Positions 1-10,275 of a DNA stretch of 64,000 bases are shown in pieces (the first letter of the stretch is position 1; every line of letters begins with the position of its first letter). The notes below the pieces were generated by a model. It saw only the letters and a program-made list of their open reading frames with translations. It did no database searches and was not told the DNA's origin. The position numbers were made by a program, and so were the translations under genes. Source of the DNA: Acidobacteriota bacterium (lineage in GTDB: Bacteria; Acidobacteriota; UBA6911); assembly GCA_963664705.1 (NCBI GenBank), contig OY761556.1:5120001-5184000 (forward strand), written 5' to 3'.

Positions 1-285
1 TGTCCTCGCTTCGTGCCATCCATTTACGTCATGCTTCTTCCGAAGTTGGCCCAACGAAGTGAAAACGAATATGCCCTGAAATGCGCTGCATCGATCTTTG
101 CATTGATCAATGCTCCCTACACCAGGAGGACATGCCCATGATTTGCCATACATCCCGCAAGTATTCTTTTCGCACAGGGCTCTCACCTCGTTGGAGAACA
201 TCAAGTGACGCGATTCTAAAAAGGCATACTCGTGTATCTTGAGACGATCACGGTTCTGAATAACTATTCGTTCTATTGCTTCCAC
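1..285 (-). CDS. DUF2284 family metal-binding protein (5' part; runs off the window)
   Basis: Manual translation from GTG at 285 (GAGG upstream) gives ...VRALCEKNTCGMYGKSWACPPGVGSIDQC, the CxxxxC-YG-xWxCPP motif; not in the ORF track. Confidence 0.75.
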   Translation of the reverse strand, partial: MEAIERIVIQNRDRLKIHEYAFLESRHLMFSNEVRALCEKNTCGMYGKSWACPPGVGSIDQCKDRCSAFQGIFVFTSLGQLRKKHDVNGWHEART

Positions 286-450
286 CGTAACGACCTCATT
301 CGGTCAATGTTTTTACTTAATTCATGGTGTATATACAACCATCTCTGCAAAAAAAGGGGAATCCTTTTCCGTCCAGCAAACTGGTATGCTGTTCGCCATT
401 CTGCGTTCCTGGGAATCATATTCAATGAAACAAAAGAATGCACAAAAGCT

Positions 451-912
451 TCACCTGGAGAGGCGCTGTTTACTCAGGGTACTAAAGAGCACATTTATTG
501 ATTGGACTCCTTTGACTCCTAAGAGCTCTCGTGCCGATGTTTGCGCTTTCTGCCATTCGCAATGTACGGCAAGAAGAAGCTTATGCCCATCCTCCGTGAC
601 CCGAATAACTTGGGATGCCCCGTCGTCCCGAGGTCCAACTTCAACCCAACCTTTCTTCCGCATCCGATCGAGATTCCGACTTACCGTGGATTTTTCCATT
701 TGGAGTGCCATGCCGATGTCGCCCGGACCAGACCCATTATGAATCGTCAGGAACACAAGCATGGATGCCTGATTGACCTTGATATCAAATTTCCGTAGAA
801 CCCGATCATAGAGGTTGGTGATGACCCGCCCGACGAATCGTGCGCGAACCGCAATACATTGAGCGGCCATTTCCTCGGCAATTTGTGCGCTTTCTTCAGC
901 CTTTTTATCCAT
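451..912 (-). CDS. MarR family transcriptional regulator
   Basis: C..VR...RVITNLYD..L, 'MEKSTVSRNLDRMRKKGWV' winged HTH; start reassigned to MDKKAEE at 912. Confidence 0.85.
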   Translation of the reverse strand: MDKKAEESAQIAEEMAAQCIAVRARFVGRVITNLYDRVLRKFDIKVNQASMLVFLTIHNGSGPGDIGMALQMEKSTVSRNLDRMRKKGWVEVGPRDDGASQVIRVTEDGHKLLLAVHCEWQKAQTSARELLGVKGVQSINVLFSTLSKQRLSR

Positions 913-1376
913 GGTCGTTGTATATGCAACTTTAAGCAGGGGATTAGTGATTGTCAAGAGAGTAAGAATCCGAAAAGAAAGATACGTGCGCCGCAAGGAA
1001 GCGGCGATCGTTGACGGCATGTTGCACTTTTTTTGTCTAGCGCCGAGGGGGCGAGGCACAGGATATTGCGGACTGGGATACCTGCTTCTCGTAAGGTTTA
1101 TAGAAGCAAACCGGAAAATCACTTGGAAATTGAACGGGCGATGGGAATCAGGTGTTTTGAAAATTGACTAACCGCAATTTACTTACTTTCAACGACAAGG
1201 ATGAGAATTGGATCCGCATGCCGGTCGGCCAGCCGGGCATTAGAGAACATGCGTCCTGAGAGTGTAGCTGTTTTTGGAGGTAATTCCGGAAGGAAATTGG
1301 ATCCAAAATAGAGCAAAAATAGGCAAAGTGGCTTATGTATGGTGAAATTGAAAAGGCACAAGTGCTTTACAATCAA

Positions 1377-1434
1377 TGCCGGGGATGGGAATTGAACCCA
1401 CACGTTCCTTGCGGCCCCCAGGATTTTTAGTCCT
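1377..1434 (-). repeat. Displaced 3' fragment of tRNA-Leu (att junction, most degenerate copy)
   Basis: tgccggggatgggaattgaacccacacg... matches 51100-51157 with mismatches in the variable arm and anticodon loop. Confidence 0.95.
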
Positions 1435-1788
1435 TTTCAGATGTCCTGAAAATCGAGAATATTCCCAATAACTGCGTACTATCTGCGACTTAGAGTGACT
1501 TTTTCCCTCCTCCATTTCCGCTATTTTCGCAGCAATTCGCTATAGTTCGCGGTAAGTTCCGACCTCGTCAACCCGATTGCCGTCTAACCTAATTCCTAGT
1601 CCAGCGTTTGTTCTCAACTATAATAAATCAGATTTCAACTTATCTTGCTATGGCATGTGGTGCTATGGCACTACATGCCAGCGTGGCATCTCATGCGGCG
1701 TTAGCAAAACATGCTATAGCTCTTCAAAGAACGCTTCCATGCGCACGGTCTCTCCAGGTGAATGTAACTTCTCCATTCTCGAAAGAAA

Positions 1789-2211
1789 TCAGGCGATGGT
1801 TGGAAATGGCCACTCGATGAGCGTTTCAGCGCTGAGTCTGAGCAGCAGTGTGTAGATGAGCTTCTTGTTCTGTAATGCGAGTTGCGCCAAAAGAGGGGGC
1901 ACTGTGAAGACAACATGCGCATAAGGAACGGGAAGAAGTTCTTTCTTCCGTCCATTCATCCAACGACGGCGAGCGTTGGCCTGGCATTTTGGGCAGTGTC
2001 TATTAAGACACGAATTGTATGAGTAGCCAGAATATCCGCATTCTGGATTTGTGCATTCATCCAAGTGATAACCGAGATCAGCCGTGCGGCAGCGTTCGAT
2101 CGCTCTCAGAACTTTCAGATGCTGTCCTGTGATCCAATCGCGACTATTTTCGATGAAGCTTTTTCCAATGGCGCGGACAATATCGGCCACCTCGATCGGC
2201 GGCCGGTCCAT
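1789..2211 (-). pseudogene. IS91-family transposase, N-terminal zinc-binding domain only (truncated)
   Basis: EVADI...AIERCRTADLG...YNSCLNRHCPKCQ...LLPVPYAHVVFTVP; ends before the Y2 catalytic domain. Confidence 0.85.
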
Positions 2212-2380
2212 TTTACTCGCTCGGATTGGTTATTTTATTTGGGAACAAAGCATCAAGCGGACTGACGGCTGCGCTCACTGTGCTCGTAGAATATGGGCTA
2301 CTTGTGTTATACGCGTACTGCAATATTCTATACCATCGTTACACTTCGCAGAAAGAGACTGCCACGGCTTTCCAGGGCTA

Positions 2381-2629
2381 TCAATCAATAATGACTTCCA
2401 GGCTGGATCCCATCCAGCATGGCTCTCCGTTCAATATGACCGGGCTAAATCGCCATTGTTTCAATGCCTCAATAGCTGCTTCCCGCTGAGCTTTGGAACC
2501 CGCAAGCATCAGCTGCCGATTGATTCTATTTTGGCCTGTCTGTTTAATGCTATGCAGCTTTGGGATTCGAATGTCTTCAAAAGACATAATAGGGTTCCTA
2601 ATTGAGGGAGCAACTTGCCGGATCGTCAT
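2381..2629 (-). CDS. TonB C-terminal-like fragment
   Basis: 'AAIEALKQWRFSPVILNGEP' is typical of TonB_C; no anchor or linker, probably a remnant. Confidence 0.55.
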   Translation of the reverse strand: MTIRQVAPSIRNPIMSFEDIRIPKLHSIKQTGQNRINRQLMLAGSKAQREAAIEALKQWRFSPVILNGEPCWMGSSLEVIID

Positions 2630-3150
2630 TTCCCCATTTCTATTAGATAGGCTTTTAGTGCATTAAGGGCTCGTGTTTGACCTGGTTGAGACTTCTCGCC
2701 CTTTGCGTTTCGGACCAACTGGCGGAGTCTTGTACGGTCTGCCGTGGGGTAACGCTTCAGGAGGGCTTCAATGTGTTCATCTCGACCGCAGATGAGCGCA
2801 TAAGCAAAATCATCTAGAGCTGTTTTCAAAGGTTCAGGTCTCTGCGTGGCCTGTTCGAATTCATCGAGATCCCTTTTGATCTGGACCGAGTCCACTCCAC
2901 GCATAATCGCGCCGATATGCTGCATCTGTCTTCGCCTAGCCCCATGGGAACTCATTTTCTTAATTGAGATGACTGCCTCTAAGAGTTCATGTGGGATGCC
3001 GGCCTTCTGTAAATAGGCAGTAGGCAGTGTTACGAGCCGCTCTCCAAGCCTCTGCAACTCGATCATCTCCTTTTTTACCCTGGTCCTGCTTTTTCGCTCT
3101 TCCAGCTCAGGTAGCAGCTGTTGGTGAATGGCATCGTATTCCCGTTTCAT
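2626..3150 (-). CDS. darP: Ribosome biogenesis factor YjgA/DarP (DUF615)
   Basis: KSRTRVKKEMIELQRLGERLV, 'HGARRRQMQHIGAIMR', 'DRTRLRQLVRNA'. Confidence 0.85.
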   Translation of the reverse strand: MKREYDAIHQQLLPELEERKSRTRVKKEMIELQRLGERLVTLPTAYLQKAGIPHELLEAVISIKKMSSHGARRRQMQHIGAIMRGVDSVQIKRDLDEFEQATQRPEPLKTALDDFAYALICGRDEHIEALLKRYPTADRTRLRQLVRNAKGEKSQPGQTRALNALKAYLIEMGK

Positions 3151-3167
3151 GGTAATTGTTGCCTCTG

Positions 3168-4850
3168 TTATCCGGTCAGAATATCCTTCTGCCTCTTCTT
3201 GCGTACCGGATCTTTTTCTACAAATATTTTCGCCCCGGTGAATGGGTCCAGCCCTGTGTAATACATGAGGGTGGAGTAGGTGGATGGCGTGGGAGTGAAA
3301 ATCTGCACCTGTTCCGGACTCAGCTTGAGGTTCTTATTGACAAAAGACTTGAGCCTTTTCATATCCATCTCAGTGCAACCCGGATGTGCCGCAAGGAAGT
3401 AATAGGTGAGGAACTGCTTCTTGCCTTTCTCCCTTGAAATCTTCAAGAAACGATCACGGAACTCAGGCAGAGAAGCGATGCCTGCCTTGCCCATCTTGCT
3501 AAGCACACCCTGATCGGTATGTTCAGGGGCCAGTTTCATTTGCCCCGACACATGGTGTTCTGCGAGCTCTTTTAGATAGCTTTCCCCGCAGTGCTTGTCT
3601 GCGCATACAAGGTCATGACGGATGCCTGAGCTCACAAATGCCTTTTTGATGCCCGGGATCGCCCGGAGTTTTTCTAATAGATGCTGCTGCCGCCGATGAT
3701 TTATGTCCAGATGAGTGCAGATATCCGGGTACATGCATCTCCGGTGTTTGCATATTCTTTTTTGATTATTCGCTGTGCATGAAAGTCCGTACATGTTCGC
3801 AGTCGGCCCCCCCACATCCTGGATGTAACCCTTGAACTTGGGGTGTGATGTAAGTTTTTTTGCCTCGGCAATGATGGATCCTTCGCTTCGGGAGATCACG
3901 CGTGCGCCTTCATGCATGGCGATAGCGCAGAAATTGCATTGCCCTACACAGCCCCGGTGAGTGGTGATGGAGAATTGTATGGTTTCGACAGCCTTAACCT
4001 CGCCGAGGGCCTGTTCGTGGGGGTGTGCCTTCCGCTCAAAATCGAGCTTATAGGTGGCGTCCAGTTCATGCTCAGTAAGGGGAGGCCACGGCCTATTGTG
4101 TACCAGGTAGCGGTCGCCATGCCGCTGGCAAAGGCTGCCCCCTGTGATAGGGTCGCTATTCCGATAGAAGGCATGGAACATTTCGATGAAGGTATTCACG
4201 TCTTTCGAGACAACTTCATATGAAGGCAGTTCGATGGAGTCCTGAGGCTTTTCTTTGCTGATGGAGCAAATACCTCGCATATCCCTGTAGTCACCATCCG
4301 CGCTCAACCTGCGGGCCAGTTCTATGACCGGGTATTCTCCCATGCCATAGACCAGGATATCGGCCTTTGCGTCGAAGAGGATGGAACGCCTGATACGGTC
4401 CGACCAGAAATCATAGTGTGCAATGCGTCGCAGGCTTGCCTCGATGCCACCGAGCACGAGGGGTTTCTTTGTTTTAGAGCATTGCCTGATGAGATTTGCA
4501 TACACGATAACAGCTCTGTCAGGCCTTTTTGTGTTCAGACCTCCCGGTGTGTAGTCATCGGATTTCCGTCTCTTCTTTAATGGCGTGTAATTGGCCACCA
4601 TGGAGTCGATGCTGCCTCCGGTAATACCCCAGAACAATGCCGGTTCCCCGAGCCTCATGATGTCAGTCGAAGATGTGGTGTTCGGCTGGGAAATGATGCC
4701 CACGCGATACCCTGCCTTGAGCAGTGCTTTGCCTATCACCGCAACACCGATATGCGGGCTATCGATGTAGGCGTCTCCGGTGACCAGGATGATATCGAGC
4801 ACATCCCAGCCAAGGGTCTTTATCTCATGGATTGTTGTAGGGAGAAACAT
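3168..4850 (-). CDS. ygiQ: YgiQ (UPF0313) radical SAM protein
   Basis: MFLPTT..LDIILVTGDAYIDSP, RGCVGQCNFC, DVGGPTANMYG, EQVQIFTPTP. Confidence 0.92.
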   Translation of the reverse strand: MFLPTTIHEIKTLGWDVLDIILVTGDAYIDSPHIGVAVIGKALLKAGYRVGIISQPNTTSSTDIMRLGEPALFWGITGGSIDSMVANYTPLKKRRKSDDYTPGGLNTKRPDRAVIVYANLIRQCSKTKKPLVLGGIEASLRRIAHYDFWSDRIRRSILFDAKADILVYGMGEYPVIELARRLSADGDYRDMRGICSISKEKPQDSIELPSYEVVSKDVNTFIEMFHAFYRNSDPITGGSLCQRHGDRYLVHNRPWPPLTEHELDATYKLDFERKAHPHEQALGEVKAVETIQFSITTHRGCVGQCNFCAIAMHEGARVISRSEGSIIAEAKKLTSHPKFKGYIQDVGGPTANMYGLSCTANNQKRICKHRRCMYPDICTHLDINHRRQQHLLEKLRAIPGIKKAFVSSGIRHDLVCADKHCGESYLKELAEHHVSGQMKLAPEHTDQGVLSKMGKAGIASLPEFRDRFLKISREKGKKQFLTYYFLAAHPGCTEMDMKRLKSFVNKNLKLSPEQVQIFTPTPSTYSTLMYYTGLDPFTGAKIFVEKDPVRKKRQKDILTG

Positions 4851-4893
4851 ATGATTAGGGGAAAAGATAACACAGCGGTTTTAGTTTCTCAAA

Positions 4894-6078
4894 CCGGTTG
4901 GTGGCGAATTCATAATTCATGTTGCGATCGGCGTCTGATACATACCCCGACAGTGCCTCCGCCACCCATACGAAGCAGCAGCGAGATTTATCGGTGAAGC
5001 AGGCCCATCACCAATCGGTTCAGGCAGCCGCCCTTCCAACCCGACATGCGTTCGATAGCCATTATAAAAATGCTGAAAGTCGAGTAACTTCGCCTCCAGA
5101 TCGGTCGTCGTCCAGAATAGCGTTCGGTCCAGGCATTCTCGCCGGATTGTACCAATTAGCCGTTCCACAAACGGATGCGATAGAGGCGCATAGAGTACCG
5201 TTTTGATTTCCGCCACTTCCAGAACTCGCAGGTTGGCCTCCCATTGATGGAACCGATATAGGGGATCATTGTCTGTGCTGAGATACTTCGGCAATGGCTG
5301 CCGTTGAATCTCTTGTCTGAACATCCGACCCAATTCCGATCCATCGACGCTTCCGCGATGAACCCCAAATCCGATAATTCGGCGCGTAAATTGGTCCATC
5401 ACAACCAGCACCCAATGCGTTCACAGGGTGAGGGATTCACAGCGAAAAAGGTCAGCGCTCCACAAACTGTCCTTCATGTGACCAAGAAAAGTGAGCCAGG
5501 ATGGGCCAGACGAACCCGGTTCTGGCTGGTAATGAGCGGCGAGAATCCGCCGAACCACATCCTTGTTGATTGGAATATCGAATGCCAACGCAATCTGCTG
5601 AGCGATTCGCGGGCAACCCCACGTTGGATTGCGTTGCTTCATCTCGACAACCGCAGCGATGACTTCATGGCCTGGCCCTTTGGGACCTGACTTCTTCCGT
5701 GACTGGGGCGAGAACAGCAGGCGGTACTTCCGGTCTTTCAGTGCCCGATGGAGGCGCAAGAGAGTTGATGGTTTCAAGACGATTGCTGAACGGATCAGCC
5801 GACCGGGGCGAATGAAAAGAGCACACAAGCTGGCGACGATGCGATCCGAGACACGCAGGTTTGGTGACCGTTGCCGGGAGCGATTCAGGATCAGGAGTTG
5901 GTGTTTGACCAGGACGGATTCGGCAACGACAGAACGGATGCCACCCGGGCGTGTGAGCCGGGCCAGCGTGACGAGCAAATGAACCAGGAGAATGAAGATT
6001 TCGCGCATCCCCAGATCGTAGCAAAATGCGGACAAAACGACGAATTCTGGCTTAATTTAGCAATTCGCCACCCACAGG
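4894..6078 (-). mobile_element. Insertion sequence (integrase-core DDE transposase) with terminal inverted repeats
   Basis: IRs ccggttggtggcgaattc (4894-4911) and caattcgccacccacagg (6061-6078), 15/18 match. Confidence 0.8.
4917..6008 (-). pseudogene. DDE (rve) transposase interrupted by one in-frame TGA at 5421-5423
   Basis: ORFs 5421-6035 and 4917-5411 share a frame: ESLTL*THWVLVVMDQ (likely CGA>TGA); NPTWGCPRI, VERLIGTIRRECLD. Confidence 0.85.
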
Positions 6079-6111
6079 AAGTTGGGTTGGCTGTAAGTTG
6101 TTTATTTGCAA

Positions 6112-6165
6112 TGCCGGGGATGGGAATTGAACCCACACGATCCTTGCGGGTCCCAGGATTTTAAG
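6112..6165 (-). repeat. Displaced 3' fragment of tRNA-Leu (att junction)
   Basis: Matches the tRNA 3' half up to the anticodon loop (…ggattttaag). Confidence 0.95.
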
Positions 6166-6400
6166 GTCAAAGTACCGGCTTTTTGTAACTTCTTCAGGGA
6201 GCTGCAGTTAGCAGTTCAAGTATTTGTGCCACTTACACTTCCAATCTAAACAAATACAAACAGACCCGGTATCAGGATGCATGGTTTTGCAGGTTTTTGG
6301 AGGGAAATAGAGCAAAAATAGGCAAATGGCTAAATGTGAATTATTCAATTTCCTATTTGAAATCTCCCGGGTCTTTACCTGTTCGCTATTCAGCGAGCCC

Positions 6401-8548
6401 CTATTTCACTACGACGCGCACACGTGCCAGGTTCTGAACCCTGGCATAGGGAGTCTGGGAATCGCCTTCTCGTTGTGACGTCACTCGAAGTACTGGGAAA
6501 TAGGTTCCCGGCTTCGAGAAAGTATGCGTGACTTTCAGAGTAAGCGTCGGTTGGAAGTCGGTGAGCTTTTCAATATCGGGATAGATGCCGACACCTTCAA
6601 AATCCCACTCGGCAGCAACTATCTTACCCGTCCGCGGAGGCGCCTCAATTATTGCTGTGAATGTAACAGGCTGGCCAACTGTAACCTCAGCGCGTTGGCC
6701 GCCGTTGGCCTTTAACTCAACCACTGGCTGGATCCCCTTACGCTCTGCAGCTGTTGCTGGAACCTTGACCTGGCTGTCGACCACTTTGTAGCTTGTTTCA
6801 TCCGGAGGCTGCACACCCTTCTCGACCCATGCACTTAGATCCCGGAGCGCCTGCTGCAGCGCGCCGCTGTAATCGATGAGCCTAGCCGCGCGCGTTCCGC
6901 TTGGTCTTCCGACATGGTTGGCATGGTCAATATAGTAAAGTCGAAAATCCCTGGCGCGGCCCGCCTTGTTCACCTTCTTGCGGTACCAGTCGGCCTGCCA
7001 CGGAATTGCATCGATGTCCATCAGGTTCTCGATCGCGATCATCTTGCCATTGAACGGACCTTCTTGAAGCGACCCTGCGCCGTTGAACGCGCTGATCGGA
7101 CCTATGAGGTCTTTGCGCTGCGGATAGATGGGCTTGCCATCGGCGCCTCGGAACTCGTTCCAGGCATAATAGTCCGGCGGCGGGACCTGGTGGCGGTGAT
7201 AGGTCTGCAGGGCGAGATACCACGAGTTGTCGACACGCACTTGGTCGCCAGGCTTGAGGTTTGCGATGGCTGCGGGATCGGCGCCAAACATGCCGCTGGC
7301 GGAAACGCTGTCCTTGTCGGCGAGCGGCACGCTTTGGCTGGGCCGCGCGCCGAGGTTCAAGCCCATGCCGGCCAAATCGAGCAGCGAAATGCTCTTGCCG
7401 GCAGCAGCGCCGTTGGTGATAACCAGGTCGGCGCCCGTCAGGTCGCCATCCGGCTTGCTTGACAGCTTGATCTGGGTCAGCGGCCCGGTCGTGGTCACGC
7501 TGAGAATAGTCGCATCGTGACGGATGCGCGCTTTTCCAATAGAGGATTTGGGATCTGTCCCGAGATAGCCCGGCCTAGTCCAGAAGTCGTCGGCATAGGT
7601 CGGATCAACCTTTGGCACATATCCCGCAACGAGCGCAAGCGGGCCGCCATTCAACGTTGGATAGTCAAACCATCCTCGCGGTGGAAACCCCATCAAGGTT
7701 GCTTCCTTCAGTGCTCCTTGCTCCTCTTCGTTCAACCCTGCATACATGTCGCCGCTACCGCCGGGATCGATGGCATCCATAATCTGCGGAAACTTACTCT
7801 TCAGTACGCGTAGCGCATGAATACGGATCGTGAAGACATTGGGAATGGCTTCCGGCGTCCCCATCACATAGGGGACGCCGCCGTCCCATACGCCGATGCT
7901 GTTTTGCAGTGAAGCAATAACCTGAAATGAGCCGCCGCTGCCGCCGGAGATATAACCGTACAGGCGGCGCTCGCCGTACATTTTGGCTGCAAGCACGCGT
8001 GAGAACTTTGCTGCTGCGGCATTGACCCGATAGCCGCCGAGAGAGGGATCGCGGCCGGCAAACGCTTCTGCCACGGAACTGATGCGCTCGGCAGGGCCGG
8101 GAAGCGACTGCACGGCGTATCCGCCGCTCGCAATGGCGAAGGCAATGCTGCCTGGGTCTGCATTCTCACTCGTCAACAGCTGGTGCGTTGTCTGAAAGAA
8201 GCGCCCTTGAAACTTGTCGGGCGGCGGGAAATAGAACGAGAAGCGCGAGCCCGTGCCTGCAAAGTGGCCGTTGACATAGCGGTGGCGCACGGGAGTGTCG
8301 CGCCATTCATCGACGTCGATAATGGCCTCCTTTAGCACCGGGTCAATACAATCTGCTGTAATAAACATGGGAGCGCCAGCCTTTTGCGGACTGCACAGCG
8401 GCGGTGCGGCAGCAAATGCCGGTGTGGTCATTACAGACGATATCGCGACAGCTCCTAACATGACGCCTGCAACGATCCCCATCCATCGTGCGACACGCAT
8501 CCCTGCTCTCAACTTCGACTGGACTGCCGGTCGTTTCTTCATCGCCAT
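6401..8548 (-). CDS. Secreted tannase-like alpha/beta hydrolase with C-terminal PKD domain
   Basis: Signal peptide (…TPAFA), GGSGG nucleophile elbow, 'AEWDFEG…HTFSKPGTYFPVLRV' PKD. Confidence 0.7.
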   Translation of the reverse strand: MAMKKRPAVQSKLRAGMRVARWMGIVAGVMLGAVAISSVMTTPAFAAAPPLCSPQKAGAPMFITADCIDPVLKEAIIDVDEWRDTPVRHRYVNGHFAGTGSRFSFYFPPPDKFQGRFFQTTHQLLTSENADPGSIAFAIASGGYAVQSLPGPAERISSVAEAFAGRDPSLGGYRVNAAAAKFSRVLAAKMYGERRLYGYISGGSGGSFQVIASLQNSIGVWDGGVPYVMGTPEAIPNVFTIRIHALRVLKSKFPQIMDAIDPGGSGDMYAGLNEEEQGALKEATLMGFPPRGWFDYPTLNGGPLALVAGYVPKVDPTYADDFWTRPGYLGTDPKSSIGKARIRHDATILSVTTTGPLTQIKLSSKPDGDLTGADLVITNGAAAGKSISLLDLAGMGLNLGARPSQSVPLADKDSVSASGMFGADPAAIANLKPGDQVRVDNSWYLALQTYHRHQVPPPDYYAWNEFRGADGKPIYPQRKDLIGPISAFNGAGSLQEGPFNGKMIAIENLMDIDAIPWQADWYRKKVNKAGRARDFRLYYIDHANHVGRPSGTRAARLIDYSGALQQALRDLSAWVEKGVQPPDETSYKVVDSQVKVPATAAERKGIQPVVELKANGGQRAEVTVGQPVTFTAIIEAPPRTGKIVAAEWDFEGVGIYPDIEKLTDFQPTLTLKVTHTFSKPGTYFPVLRVTSQREGDSQTPYARVQNLARVRVVVK

Positions 8549-8613
8549 TCCCGTCGTCCTCCTTTGCTTGCTGAATGCACGCTTGCCCTCATTAAGGCAT
8601 ATCGCAATAGAGC

Positions 8614-10170
8614 TTAGTGCGATCCACGATAAGTTATCGCTGCAAGCCCCATGATTTCCTCTCTGTCTGCAGTAAGGATGAAGCCCGCTTTTATCGCAGC
8701 CGTCAGCGAGGTCTCGAATTTCTTCAGGTACTCGCTCTTGCCACCTGGGTAAAGACGGTCGAGTGTTGCTGCATCAAACGGCTCGCAGACTCCGGCCATC
8801 ATTGCCGCCATACCGCCAGAGTTCCCAATCCCGGAAAGGCGCGCAGTCGGCACATCGACCCAGGGAGTGCGGATGCCGCCCTCCGCAAGACCATTCGCGT
8901 CGAGCATGAGAGTTGGAGGCGCACCGGGCTTGTCTTCCTTTACCTTAATTGGATCCGCTTTTTGAGGCGCCTGGCCCGTTTTAATCCAGCGGTCCAGGTT
9001 CCACAGCGCTGCTTCTATAACATAATGGTGCTGAAGGGCATTGTTGACCGGCTTCGCTGACTTGCCCCCAAGTGAGTTGACCGTGGGTTCATTCGCTGCA
9101 GCCAATTTCTCAAGAGGCACTGAGCCCGAATCCATATGTCCGACCGTGAACGTATAATTGTCGGCGTGTGCCGTTCCCGGAATTTCCCACACGCGGAGCC
9201 GTTCACTATCGGGCTGGCGAGCGCCGTAAAAGCCGGGAATCCCGCTGCCGATCAGGTCTGTCTCGGTGATCACAGTGATCACCGGCACTCGCAAATCTGC
9301 GCGAAGCCGGGCGGGGCCCGCCTGTCCCGGCGCGACAGCCATGCCGGAGTTATCCAGCGCTGCGCCGCTGCCGAACCGCGAATGAATCACGAATCCATCG
9401 TAGACTTTGGCACGCGGATCAACGGCGTTCACATACGTGGTCAGGAAAACCGCAGATTGAGACTCGCCGGTTGCTATTATGCGTTTGGGAACAAGCCGTC
9501 CGAGAATCGTGCCTGCATCGGCTGTCCGGAGAAGTCTGCCCGCCTGGGAAAAAATATCATAGGCAAATGCATCCCCCGGATGACTGAGTTTTCCATATCG
9601 CTCCGGATCGGCCTTCTTCAAGGGCACAGCTCTCGGGTCGGCTATCGCCATCAGGCCGAAGCCGGGTTCGATCCCTGCCCTCTGGGCTGAAATCCCTATG
9701 TAGGCATAGCCGCCGCGCAGTATCTCGCGGTGCATTGCATTCCAGTCAGGCGATCCATCGACACCGGCACTTACATTCAGCCACTCGACAATAACAGTGC
9801 CGTTGAATTTATTGGGATCGGTTGGCCGCGCTACCACAATTCGCGTGGCATACGGAGCCGTCCCTGCCGGAACTGCATCCCACCGCCCATCTGAGGTTTG
9901 CACACCTGGAAGCTTGTAGGAGGATGCCGTGCCCGAGACGAAGAACTCGTTGGTTGTATAGCCAAGGGGACCAAGATCGAAATTGCTGAGAAGAAGAGCC
10001 GGCGAGCCCGGCACTGCTACAACCTTGGGCTCTTCCGCATGCACATTGACTGCTGTCATCACGAACACCCACAACCCCAGTCCAATGCACAATGCCACAT
10101 TAAATAAAACCATCGCGCGTACCCCCATTCCATCGCTAGCCGCAACCAACCATGTTCGAATGCTCTTCAT
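8614..10170 (-). CDS. Secreted alpha/beta hydrolase domain protein
   Basis: Signal (…VHA), FNGTVIVEWLNVSAG, GESQSA nucleophile, GTAHAD. Confidence 0.75.
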   Translation of the reverse strand: MKSIRTWLVAASDGMGVRAMVLFNVALCIGLGLWVFVMTAVNVHAEEPKVVAVPGSPALLLSNFDLGPLGYTTNEFFVSGTASSYKLPGVQTSDGRWDAVPAGTAPYATRIVVARPTDPNKFNGTVIVEWLNVSAGVDGSPDWNAMHREILRGGYAYIGISAQRAGIEPGFGLMAIADPRAVPLKKADPERYGKLSHPGDAFAYDIFSQAGRLLRTADAGTILGRLVPKRIIATGESQSAVFLTTYVNAVDPRAKVYDGFVIHSRFGSGAALDNSGMAVAPGQAGPARLRADLRVPVITVITETDLIGSGIPGFYGARQPDSERLRVWEIPGTAHADNYTFTVGHMDSGSVPLEKLAAANEPTVNSLGGKSAKPVNNALQHHYVIEAALWNLDRWIKTGQAPQKADPIKVKEDKPGAPPTLMLDANGLAEGGIRTPWVDVPTARLSGIGNSGGMAAMMAGVCEPFDAATLDRLYPGGKSEYLKKFETSLTAAIKAGFILTADREEIMGLAAITYRGSH

Positions 10171-10275
10171 GTTTTCTTCCCCTGTTGGACTGTTTTTATG
10201 TTTTCGCAAAATGCAGTTCTCGGTTTTGCATTAAAGATTTGAAAGATGCTCTAGGGTTACCTCATCGCGGCGGAG

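Larger units (their letters stand above)
1377..6165. mobile_element. Genomic island B (~4.7 kb) between tRNA-Leu fragments; no site-specific integrase gene
   Basis: Bounded by direct tRNA-fragment repeats at 1377 and 6112; contains IS remnants. Confidence 0.8.

Noticed and set aside
1179-1515. ORFs 'MWVQFPSPAL…' and 'GSIPIPGI…' (also at 5891-6136 and 11593-11775)
   Set aside because: Translations of tRNA fragments, not proteins
5421-5423. Selenocysteine recoding of the in-frame TGA (a yqeC gene is in the window)
   Set aside because: Not a plausible catalytic Cys position in a transposase; simplest explanation is a nonsense mutation
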